Below, piece by piece: positions 55,160 to 64,000 of a stretch of 64,000 nt of DNA. Positions within the stretch are counted from its first letter, which is position 1, and the number at the start of each line of letters is the position of its first letter. The DNA comes from an uncultured cyanobacterium (lineage in GTDB: Bacteria > Cyanobacteriota > Cyanobacteriia > Cyanobacteriales > Nostocaceae): contig CAVUDP010000002.1 of the NCBI GenBank assembly GCA_963740315.1, forward strand, positions 2,624,001 to 2,688,000, read 5' to 3'. Position numbers and translations under genes: made by a program. A model generated the notes under the pieces. It did no database searches and was not told where the DNA came from. It saw only the letters and a program-made list of their open reading frames with translations.

Positions 55160-56642
55160 AGCTCCCCTCTTGGATATTTTCTATAACTGAAGACACCGAC
55201 ATTATTTTTAAGCTCTTAGCATCACTTGTTTTATTCAGCAATGAATTAACAGTAGAAATATATCCCGGACAGTCTTCAATTAGTTCGTCGGTAATAGCAA
55301 GAATTTTTTCACCGTAATGAATTAATCCACCAATACCACGATTGAGTTTTAACGCTAGCAATACAGGACTCCGATAAGATTTAGCATCTATTCCGATAGC
55401 GGAATCGTTAATTGAAACATCACATAGGTCTGATTTTGGGTACAGTTGAGCATCCAAACCATAGGTTTTTGCTTCGTCAAAAATTGCTAACTCATCAATA
55501 GCAGGAGCAGTCCAATAAGCTAATATTTGTGGTTTGGCTACTAATAACCGTTCCTCTTGCGGGTTTAACCGTTCCCCTACCTGTGGTGGATATTTACTAT
55601 TACACTGATGAATTGGACAATAATAGCCTTTGGGATAACTTAGTCTATCTGCATTCGGTCGTATCAAAGTCCCGCAATGAGTGCAGCGTAAAGCATATCC
55701 ATTAATTAACCATGCTTCTGGAACGTAATGGAAAAACTCTCTTACTGTTTCCTGCAAAGGTGTAAGATTTTTATTTACCAAATAATCTAAAAGTTCTCTT
55801 TCACTAATTAAAGATTTTCTTCCTATGATTTCTCTCAATGCAGTATAAGCATAATGCTGTTTTCTCTTTCCTAACCTTTCCGTAGCTTTCCTCAAATCAC
55901 TATACAGACGATGTTCCACAACATTATCTTCACCAAAGCTACCAGAACTATTTGCAATTTCAGCACAATCCGGTGTTGGTACCCTCAAATCAAAATCAAT
56001 TAATTTGACATTACCAAAATCAAATTCCGACCCCCGAAAAATTTCCAAATTCCATTTTTCATCTTCAAAACTATATCGAGAACGTTCCAATACATCATGA
56101 ATGCAAGCAGCATCATCGCATTTTCCTTCTTCTAAATACAAACGACCAAGCTTACACATAGCCGAATGCAATTCTGGAGGTAATCTTTCATCCTGTCTGA
56201 CAATCTCTCTACCCGTAAGCACGGTATTGTATTGACGCAATATTCCCTGAGCAAGCAAAATTACAGCATCTTTAGCCAAATTCTGATTGTTCTTATCTTT
56301 TCGCTTCAATAAGGCACTATTACTGAAATTACCTTCACCATCTTTCTCAACTAAAATCTGCTCTTCCAATTGCTTCTCATTCCAAGAAGATAAAACTTCT
56401 ACAATCGCTACTAACGTCCAACCCTTTTTTAACAAAACCAAAGTAGCTAATCCTTCTAATATCTGACGAAAACCGAACTTTTCCCCCTTTGGCTGCGATA
56501 ATATTTTTCGCGATCGCCATAAACGAACTGTTCTTACAGTAGGAGGTTCGACAGATAAACCCAATTGTTTAATCTGAGACTTTAACCCTTCCGCAAGAGC
56601 TTCTGCTTTACCTTGCCAATCTCGAACATTATCAAAAACCAT
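55149..56642 (-). CDS. pPIWI-RE-associated restriction-endonuclease-like protein (HTH + Y domain + Zn ribbon + PD-(D/E)xK)
   Basis: AYTALREII, CTHC...CPIHQC, PAIDELAIF, DLCDVSI...IGIDAKSY; stop overlaps the helicase start by 11 bp. Confidence 0.85.
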   Translation of the reverse strand: MVFDNVRDWQGKAEALAEGLKSQIKQLGLSVEPPTVRTVRLWRSRKILSQPKGEKFGFRQILEGLATLVLLKKGWTLVAIVEVLSSWNEKQLEEQILVEKDGEGNFSNSALLKRKDKNNQNLAKDAVILLAQGILRQYNTVLTGREIVRQDERLPPELHSAMCKLGRLYLEEGKCDDAACIHDVLERSRYSFEDEKWNLEIFRGSEFDFGNVKLIDFDLRVPTPDCAEIANSSGSFGEDNVVEHRLYSDLRKATERLGKRKQHYAYTALREIIGRKSLISERELLDYLVNKNLTPLQETVREFFHYVPEAWLINGYALRCTHCGTLIRPNADRLSYPKGYYCPIHQCNSKYPPQVGERLNPQEERLLVAKPQILAYWTAPAIDELAIFDEAKTYGLDAQLYPKSDLCDVSINDSAIGIDAKSYRSPVLLALKLNRGIGGLIHYGEKILAITDELIEDCPGYISTVNSLLNKTSDAKSLKIMSVSSVIENIQEGSYAN

Positions 56643-56645
56643 TTT

Positions 56646-56695
56646 TTTACATCATTCGATGTAAACACTGTATGGTGTAAATGCAAAAAATGCAA
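56646..56695 (-). promoter_or_regulatory. predicted promoter and palindromic operator of the pPIWI-RE operon
   Basis: TTGCAT(56695-90)-N17-TACAGT(56672-67); perfect inverted repeat TTTACATC-ATTC-GATGTAAA at 56646-56665. Confidence 0.6.
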
Positions 56696-56951
56696 ATTTG
56701 ACACAACGGTTATTAGTGATTGTTACAATACTTAGTAAAATCTACATTTGTGATAATTCTGGTGGTGACAGAGCAACCGAAACCCAGTTCAGAGGAACGA
56801 TTTCGGTTGCTATGAGGATTAAATTACTATCGGTTGTTGCAGTTTATATTAGTTACATTATCAGCAATCATAAATTTTATAATTACTTCAGTAGCGAGCA
56901 CATTGATTTATTTACATCCATACAACCTAAAGCTTTGCTTTGTCGAAAAAA

Positions 56952-59900
56952 TCAAGAAACCGCCGGAGGAAGCAAAAGCTGCCGTCTTTTTTTACCAGGA
57001 TTCTTCCTCCGCTTTTTCACCAACAAATAAGCAGCAGGAGTAAAATAAAGCGCCAGTAATGGAGAACCACCAATCCCCCCCGCGATCGCAATTGCTAGAG
57101 GTTGCCAGAAACTACCTCCGTCGGTAATTAGCGGGATAAAACCCACCATTGTCGTAATAGTTGTAGTTAATACGTGACGTGTTGCTTTGACTACAACTTC
57201 TCGCACCGCTTTAACATCTCCCTGACGCGCTTCTTCGTTTTCGTTAAAGGCTGACAAAATAATAATCGCACCGTTAATAGCAATACCAATTAAACCCATT
57301 GTGCCGACAATCGCCATAAATCCCATTACCGAACCAAAAGCCCATAAAGCAAATAAAGCTAAACCAACCGAACCAACTCCAACAGCAAAGACGATTCCAG
57401 CAAGTCGAAATGAACCCAACGATAGCACTAGGGTAATTACCATAATCAAACCCAGCAATCCCACAGTTGACATTAGATTCCCCGTAGCTTCGCCGCTTTC
57501 AGCTTGTTCGCCGCCAAATTCATATCTATATCCAGGGGGAAGTTCAAACTTCTGTGTTTCAAGACGTTTTTGTAATTCTTCCAGAACTGTTGACGGTAAA
57601 ACTCCAGCAGAAATAAAAGCTTGAACGGTGTTAACTCTTTGTTCGTCGCGTCTGGAGATTTTTGCTAATTGAGGAACCAGCTTAAAATTACCTAAAGCTG
57701 ATAAAGGACGCAAGTTTTGTTCGGAATTAGCACCTTGCTGATTTGGTTGCAAATTAAGGGAAGCAATTTGAGATAAGTCTCCTCGGTTTGAATTAGCAAT
57801 CCTTACTCTTACAGGTAAATTTTCTGTAGCTTCGAGAATCGAACCGCCAACGGAACCTTCTAAATAACTTTGTAACTGTTGGGCGATCGCTGTATTATCA
57901 AGTCCGACTAACCGCGCTTGTTCTTCGTCTACAGTTAATCCCAATTTGGGTAAAGTTTCCGTCAAATCATCCCGTACATGAGTCACATCGGGTATCTGCG
58001 TTAAGATTTCCCGAACTATCGCGCCTAATATTCGCAGTTGTTGAATATCCAATCCATAAATTCGCATTTCTACAGGAGCTTCAAATGGTGGCCCTTGCTC
58101 TAATTGTTTTACCAAAACCCGCGCTTGAGGAAAATATTCATCTAACTCGTCTTGTAAAGTCCGAATTAATTGCGTAACCCCTTTATCTGTATTTAGCTGT
58201 ACCATTGCTTGAGCATAGTAAGCAGCATTTTGTATCCCACCAGTAAAGTTGTAGTAAAACTTAGGGGCGCTTTCACCAACAAACCAGTGAACTTCCTCAA
58301 CCTCGGAATGTTCGCGAATTAATTTACGAGCTAATAATACATCCTCGCGACTTTGAGCAATGGAAGTTTGAGCGGGGAATTCTACTTCAATCTGAAACTG
58401 ATCGCGATCGAGGGAAGGGAAAAACTGCGTTGGCAGAGAACTGACATTCATAAAACCCATCACGGGTAATATCATTGTTAAGACAACAGCAATTAAAGGT
58501 TTCGCCGTAGCCCAGTCTAAAGTCTTGCGATAAATCCGACCTAAAAAAGGTGAAGAAAAACCAGCATTCCACCAAGCATCGGGATTTTTCAGTTTTGATA
58601 AAAGTTTTGATAATTTTGATGTTAAAAAATTACAAGATTCGCGTTTCGGACGAGAATTATGATTGGTGGTTATAGTTTTTCCGAGAAAACGCCCAGAAAG
58701 TGCTGCAATTACGGTTAAAGATATTACCAAAGAAGAAACTAGGGACATAATTACCCCCCAAGCGATAGAACCAACGAATTCCCCCGCTCCTCCCGGCAAC
58801 AAACCAATCGGTAAGAAGGTAAGTATTGTAGTCAAACTTGATGTCAGCAGAGGAACTGTTAAATAATTAACCGTTTTCACAACAGCATCTTTTGGCTTTA
58901 AACCTGCTTCCAGTTCAACCTGAATTTCGTCTACCACTACAATTGCGTTGTCAATCAACAATCCCAAAGCGATAATTAACCCCGAAACTGACATCTGATG
59001 AATGGGAATATTGAAAAGTTGTAATTCCCCAAATACCGCAAATACCGTTAAAGGTAATGCAGCACCGACAATAATAGAAGAGCGCCAACCCATCCCAAAA
59101 AAAGTTACAGCAACCACAAGGAAAGCACTAAACAATAAATTAGATATCAGATTATCTAAACGTGTTTCTACGTAACTACTTTGGTCAAAAATAACTTCTA
59201 ACTTAATGAGCTTGGGAAGCGGCGTGCGATAATCTTCTAATCGTTCGCGAATTTGTGTAGCCCATAGATCGATCCGATTCCCAGACTCCATCAGCACCCC
59301 TAAAGCCACCGCAGGTTTGCCACCAATCAAAGCTAAATCTGTTACGGGTTCTCTGATACCTCTAGTAACTCGTGCAATATCTCCCAAACGAGTAAACTGT
59401 CCGCTTGCAGTCGAGGAAATCGGAATTTTACGAATTCGTTCAGTTGAATCAAGTTCGCCTTCCACCTCAATGGCTAAAGTATTATTAGGGCTGCGAAGTT
59501 GTCCAGCACTTGTTTTAGCATCACTTTGCAAGATTTGTTGCGATAATTGTTGAACATTTAAGCCCACCGCAGCTAAATCCGATGGATTGATTTCAACAGT
59601 GATTTCCTCCGAAGGAAAGCCAAAAGTATCTACTTTCTCAGTTCCCCCTACCCCTCGAAGTTGAACATCAAGTTCTTCAGCAAAACGGCGTAAAACTGCA
59701 TAATTAGGTTCGTCTTTTCCTTGCCAAACCAAAGATGCGATCGCAGCATAAGCTCGCGTCTCTGCTTCATTTAAATCTGGTTCCAATACTCCAGGTGGAA
59801 ATTGCGGAGTTGCATCTGCTAACTTATCTCGTACCCGCGTCCAAATAGGTTGAGCATTACTTACAGTCTGTTTTAATTCAATCGAAATTGCAGACAAACC

Positions 59901-60152
59901 AACGCGAGAATCGGATGTAATAGTATCAATTTCCTTAATCTCAGACATTTCCGATTCGATAACTTCTGTTACTAATGCTTCTACACGTTCGGCACTAGCT
60001 CCCGGAAACACCGTCGTAATTACAGCAGTTCGCGCTGTTTGTGTTGGATCTTCCTGACGCGGTAAAGATTGAAAAGCTGAAAATCCCCAAAATATTATCA
60101 ATACAAAAGTTAGGATTAGCAAACGGATATTACGAAAAAAAGGAAGAACCAT
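56952..60152 (-). CDS. AcrB/AcrD/AcrF family RND efflux permease
   Basis: LPRQEDP, PGASAERVE, ALGLLIDNAIVVVD, GIAINGAIII; two RND repeats. Confidence 0.95.
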   Translation of the reverse strand: MVLPFFRNIRLLILTFVLIIFWGFSAFQSLPRQEDPTQTARTAVITTVFPGASAERVEALVTEVIESEMSEIKEIDTITSDSRVGLSAISIELKQTVSNAQPIWTRVRDKLADATPQFPPGVLEPDLNEAETRAYAAIASLVWQGKDEPNYAVLRRFAEELDVQLRGVGGTEKVDTFGFPSEEITVEINPSDLAAVGLNVQQLSQQILQSDAKTSAGQLRSPNNTLAIEVEGELDSTERIRKIPISSTASGQFTRLGDIARVTRGIREPVTDLALIGGKPAVALGVLMESGNRIDLWATQIRERLEDYRTPLPKLIKLEVIFDQSSYVETRLDNLISNLLFSAFLVVAVTFFGMGWRSSIIVGAALPLTVFAVFGELQLFNIPIHQMSVSGLIIALGLLIDNAIVVVDEIQVELEAGLKPKDAVVKTVNYLTVPLLTSSLTTILTFLPIGLLPGGAGEFVGSIAWGVIMSLVSSLVISLTVIAALSGRFLGKTITTNHNSRPKRESCNFLTSKLSKLLSKLKNPDAWWNAGFSSPFLGRIYRKTLDWATAKPLIAVVLTMILPVMGFMNVSSLPTQFFPSLDRDQFQIEVEFPAQTSIAQSREDVLLARKLIREHSEVEEVHWFVGESAPKFYYNFTGGIQNAAYYAQAMVQLNTDKGVTQLIRTLQDELDEYFPQARVLVKQLEQGPPFEAPVEMRIYGLDIQQLRILGAIVREILTQIPDVTHVRDDLTETLPKLGLTVDEEQARLVGLDNTAIAQQLQSYLEGSVGGSILEATENLPVRVRIANSNRGDLSQIASLNLQPNQQGANSEQNLRPLSALGNFKLVPQLAKISRRDEQRVNTVQAFISAGVLPSTVLEELQKRLETQKFELPPGYRYEFGGEQAESGEATGNLMSTVGLLGLIMVITLVLSLGSFRLAGIVFAVGVGSVGLALFALWAFGSVMGFMAIVGTMGLIGIAINGAIIILSAFNENEEARQGDVKAVREVVVKATRHVLTTTITTMVGFIPLITDGGSFWQPLAIAIAGGIGGSPLLALYFTPAAYLLVKKRRKNPGKKRRQLLLPPAVS

Positions 60153-60154
60153 AA

Positions 60155-60437
60155 CGATTTTGGATTTTAGATTTTGGATTTTGGATTTAAGAGTTAGGAA
60201 TTATGAGTTAAGAATTGGGCATTGGGCTACCTCCCACCTCCGGTGAATGGGCATTGGTAATTGGTATACGCCCGCACGCAATACCGTGACGTTCGCTCCG
60301 CTAGCCGCGTGAATGGTAATTGGGCATTGGGCATAGCTCACGGAGTTATAAGTTGAGAGTGTTAGCGGAGCGTGTCCGTCAGGACATGGAATTAGGACTT
60401 TTCTACCCCCTCTACCCCCTCTACCCCATCTCCCCAT
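60155..60437. repeat. mosaic of STRR heptamers (ATTTTGG, ATTGGGC, ATTGGTA) with short inserted GC-rich elements
   Basis: Tandem heptamers interrupted by 30-45 bp modules. Confidence 0.7.
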
Positions 60438-60438
60438 C

Positions 60439-61831
60439 TCACTCCCCAATCGGACGCACCATCTGACCGGGAACTAAGCGATGAACTCCGTTGGCAACAA
60501 TCCTGTCTCCTTCTCGCAAGGTACCGCGTACTAAAACTCTGTCGCTTTCTTGATGTAATATTTCTACACTACGCTGTTCAAGCACAAAAGCATCTCTAGA
60601 AGTACCAGCATTTTCTGAAGCAGGTTTTGTCAAAACATAACTTGTCCAAAGTCCGCGCAATCCTTGAGTTAAAGCTTTATTGGGCAACCAAAATCCTTCT
60701 GTAGGAATTGTATCCGTAAGTTTCAATCTAACTGTTTGACCGGGATTTATTTGAGATATTAAGGATGATTCTAGTTTCAATACAACTACTTGAGTGCGAG
60801 TACTAGGATTAACTACTGGCAAAATTGAAGCTACTCTTGCCGAGTAAGTTTGGTTATTAATTTCTACCTTTTGAGGGCTACCAACTTCAAGTTTATTTAC
60901 GACGGTTGCAGGCATTCCGATTCTGGCTTCTGGACTGGTATTTTCGACCAAACGCACCACAGCTTGACCTGTATTAACTACCGTTCCTTCATCGATTTGA
61001 CGAGCGGAAACAATACCCGCAAATGGTGCTTTTATCGTACTTTTGGCGATTGTAATTTCTAAGTCTGATATACTCGCTTCTAACTGTTTTACAGCAGCTC
61101 GCTGTGCGGCTATTTGTTCTGTACGGGTTCCGGCTAAAAGTTCGTTTAAATTACTTTGTGCTTGTCTCAAACGAGCATTTAAAGAATTTTCGCCAAAAGA
61201 AATCTCATCAAGCTGTTCTCGCGAAATAGCACCTTCACCATAGAGATACTTTCGTCTTTTAAGTTTAGTTCTTTGTAACTCCAATTGCTGTTTGATATCG
61301 TCAACTGCTGCACGAGCCGCTGCAATATCTTGGCTACGAGGACCTGCTATAGACTCATCTAATCTAGCTTGTGCTTGGGCTTTTTGAGCTTCCAACTGCA
61401 ATTTTTGCATCTGCAAATTACTCACATCAAGCTTTGCGATCGTCTGTCGGGATTTAACTCTGTCTCCTTCAAAGACAAATACCTCAACCAACTTCCCACC
61501 GCGCTCAAATCCCAACTCGCTAGTCCGAATTGCAGCAATTTCACCAGTGTAAATCCGCAACACCTGATAGGATTCGACAGGTTTTGCTCGGAAAGTTATA
61601 ACTGGTAAAGGTTTCGCTACAGTAACTTTCTTTGTTCAGATCCTCTGTTTTAGTTGAATTATTAACAAAGACTACTCCCACTGCTAGCATCAACCCAAGC
61701 ACACCTAACATTCTATAGCGAAGTAACTTAGAATAATCTCGATGCTGATTTTCTAACTCTTGGGAATATTCCCCATCCGAGAGTTTTTCATTACCTGATA
61801 TCTGGGAGGGCGGAGTAAAATCTGGGTTCAT
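60439..61831 (-). pseudogene. RND efflux periplasmic adaptor subunit split by a 1-nt frameshift near 61630
   Basis: ORF 61541-61831 supplies the TM anchor; the second frame is open from ~61637 (KVTVAKPLPVIT...YTGEI..SELGFERGG..IKAPFAGIV). Confidence 0.8.
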
Positions 61832-61887
61832 AGCATTTGCCTCCAGTGGGGAGCTTATATCTTTAAAAAAGTTTTCTTACATCTATG

Positions 61888-62090
61888 ATTCAAACACACG
61901 TTTGAATTTTAGTCAATCATACGTTTGATATAGTCAATAGTTAGGCTCAATGCATCTGGGCTTGTTTTATTGATTTCGTTTATAGCTATAATTGGATTTA
62001 GTACAATTCATTTAGACTTTTCTAACCAAAATACTACAGCATTTACAATCAAAGAATATAAAGGATAATTATTCAAGCGTTTGATTTACA
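61888..62090. promoter_or_regulatory. TetR operators in the divergent adaptor/tetR intergenic region
   Basis: Perfect ATTCAAAC-ACAC-GTTTGAAT (61888-907); AGTCAATC-ATAC-GTTTGATA (61911-30); ATTCAAGC-GTTT-GATTTACA (62071-90). Confidence 0.7.
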
Positions 62091-62722
62091 TGAAAAATAC
62101 TGTAACAAATATCGATACAAAAGAACAAATACTTAACGTAGCTGAAAGACAATTTGCTGAAAAAGGTTTTGCTGGAACAACTTTGCGGGGCGTTATCCGA
62201 GAAGCGGAAGTTAATATTGCAGCCGTTCACTACCACTTTGGCTCGAAAGAAGAATTATTTATTGCTGTCGTGCGAAGAGTTGCCCAGCAAATTGTGCAAG
62301 CTCAATTACAGCAGTTAGCGAAATATGAAAATCTAACAGAACTGCCTTCCCTAGAAAATATTCTGGAAGCATTTATTGCTCCTCCATTGAGAGTTATACC
62401 ACAAATGGGAGAAGCAGGAATGATTCGCGCTCAATTTCTCGGTCGCTGTCGTGCGGAACCATTACCCATACAGCAACGAGCAGAAAAAGAATTTGATGAA
62501 AGTCAACAACGCTTTTTAGATATTCTTCAGCGAGCGCTTCCCAATCAAACGCGCACAGAACTACAGTGGAAATTAGATTTAGCGATCGCCATATTAATTC
62601 GTACTTTAAACCAAGTTGGTCAAACGGGGCAGTTGATAACGGGAAGTTCTACCGAAGAAGTTGAAATTGCGATCGCGCGTTTAGTAAAGTTTGTTGCTCA
62701 AGGGATGAAAAATTTTGATTGA
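62090..62722 (+). CDS. TetR/AcrR family regulator
   Basis: TKEQILNVAERQFAEKGFAGTTLRGVIREAEVNIAAVHYHFGSKEEL; ATG at 62090. Confidence 0.92.
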   Translation: MKNTVTNIDTKEQILNVAERQFAEKGFAGTTLRGVIREAEVNIAAVHYHFGSKEELFIAVVRRVAQQIVQAQLQQLAKYENLTELPSLENILEAFIAPPLRVIPQMGEAGMIRAQFLGRCRAEPLPIQQRAEKEFDESQQRFLDILQRALPNQTRTELQWKLDLAIAILIRTLNQVGQTGQLITGSSTEEVEIAIARLVKFVAQGMKNFD

Positions 62723-62760
62723 AGGGAAGGTTTAATTTTTAAATTTAGTTTAGCCACTTA

Positions 62761-63393
62761 TCAATAAAAAACCTGAGTATAATGCTTCTCAAAATTATGC
62801 TCAAATACAGCATTAACGATCGCATTAACTATTTTTTCACCACCAGCGCTTGAAGGTTCAATTGGATTTGCATAATCTGCGGCTTCGTTGCAGGTTAATC
62901 TTAAATCGATCAACGGAATACCATTTTGAAAAGCTTGTCGAATAATTACATCGTTGAAAATTGCTAAAGCAGCAACCGCAATTCTTTGATAAGTTGACTC
63001 TGGATAATTCGGATTATAAATGGTGCAAATACTTGTAGGAATACCAAGGCTGATAATTTTTTGCAACAATTTCTGATACTGGTTTTCAAAGTCCTCTCTC
63101 ATGTTAGCCAGCTTGATAAATACTTCAGCAGAAGAGGCAACTTTCTCATTTAAAATACTGACACAGCTGAGCGCATTATTTCCTCCTACACTCAGAACTA
63201 AATGAGTAGCATCTTTTGGTAATTTTTCCAGTTGAGTGTAAACATCATCAACATTATTCCCATCGATCGCGTTTAAGCTAGCATTCCAATTATCGGGAAG
63301 CTTCATCTGCAACTGCGCGATCGCCGAGGGATTTTTCCCAACGTAAGCAGCATTATCAAAAATCGAATCACCGAGTAAAACTATGTGGGGCAT
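62761..63393 (-). CDS. SGNH/GDSL hydrolase family protein
   Basis: HIVLLGDSIFDN, SVGGNN, NPIEPS; start probably ATG 63393. Confidence 0.87.
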   Translation of the reverse strand: MPHIVLLGDSIFDNAAYVGKNPSAIAQLQMKLPDNWNASLNAIDGNNVDDVYTQLEKLPKDATHLVLSVGGNNALSCVSILNEKVASSAEVFIKLANMREDFENQYQKLLQKIISLGIPTSICTIYNPNYPESTYQRIAVAALAIFNDVIIRQAFQNGIPLIDLRLTCNEAADYANPIEPSSAGGEKIVNAIVNAVFEHNFEKHYTQVFY

Positions 63394-63650
63394 TTTTAAT
63401 ATGGGTAATAGGTAATGGGTAACAAGCACAGAGGGGGTAGATAACCATTAACTCATATCTACGAACTATTACCAATGCCCAATGCCCAATACCCAATTAC
63501 CAATTCCCAATTACCAAATTTCCCTTCAAATGGAAAGAGTAAGATAGAATTGTTAAGGGATGTTTACAGAATTTCCATTTTTATCCGAATTCTGTTATTA
63601 CAGCCTTCACAAGTTTAAACTATAAAATCCGCAGTTCATCGGACGTACTT

Positions 63651-64000
63651 ATGACGCTCCCAATCCGTAACGTCGCTATTATCGCTCACGTAGACCACGG
63701 CAAAACAACCCTCGTTGATTCCCTACTTAAACAATCTGGCATTTTCCGTGAAGGGGAAGACGTTCCGGATTGCGTTATGGATTCAAACGATTTGGAAAGA
63801 GAACGAGGTATCACGATTCTTTCCAAAAACACCGCCGTTCGCTACAAAGAAACTTTAATCAATATTGTTGATACTCCCGGACACGCTGACTTCGGTGGCG
63901 AAGTTGAACGGGTATTAGGTATGGTGGACGGTTGCGTCCTGATCGTGGATGCAAATGAAGGTCCCATGCCCCAAACGCGCTTTGTGTTGAAGAAAGCTTT
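63651..64000 (+). CDS. typA: translational GTPase TypA/BipA, 5' part
   Basis: Manual translation [23 protein letters not shown]...[18 protein letters not shown]...[16 protein letters not shown]. Confidence 0.97.
   Translation, partial: MTLPIRNVAIIAHVDHGKTTLVDSLLKQSGIFREGEDVPDCVMDSNDLERERGITILSKNTAVRYKETLINIVDTPGHADFGGEVERVLGMVDGCVLIVDANEGPMPQTRFVLKKA

Noticed and set aside
56698..57043. Plus-strand ORFs 56698-57030 and 56834-57043 as a fourth pPIWI-RE gene
   Set aside because: They overlap the RND 3' end antisense, use non-ATG starts and have no motifs
840..61608. Many short antisense or alternate-frame ORFs inside long genes (PCATs, GH116, carB, proS, helicase, RND)
   Set aside because: Shadow ORFs of well-supported genes
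1..64000. tRNA, rRNA, integrase or transposase genes
   Set aside because: None recognised by eye; a covariance-model scan would be needed to exclude small RNAs

Overview
AT-rich window from a heterocyst-forming (Nostocales-type) cyanobacterium, judged from frequent HIP1 octamers (GCGATCGC), heptameric STRR arrays and hetP. Four zones. (1) 1-15 kb: a hetC-like/hetP locus with a second C39-peptidase ABC exporter, a PPIase, an HlyD adaptor, a clear HetR-type palindrome and three NtcA-like boxes. (2) 15-38 kb: mostly core genes (GH116, hisD, DUF760, group-2 sigma, carB, dps, purN, efp, accB, ArsR, GerMN, proS, acyltransferase, Uma2, GT2) with nested dispersed repeats between them. (3) 38.8-48.3 kb and 57-62.7 kb: a partly decayed detoxification/efflux cluster that appears to share one TetR operator family. 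(4) 48.5-56.7 kb, inserted into that cluster: a complete three-gene pPIWI-RE (prokaryotic PIWI/Argonaute-related) module of REase, DinG-like helicase and PIWI-RE. Its nuclease has an extra N-terminal MerR-like HTH, a perfect palindrome overlaps its predicted promoter, and the module is flanked by two diverged copies of the RND gene's 3' end. The window ends in typA. All calls come from motif recognition by eye; no searches were run.
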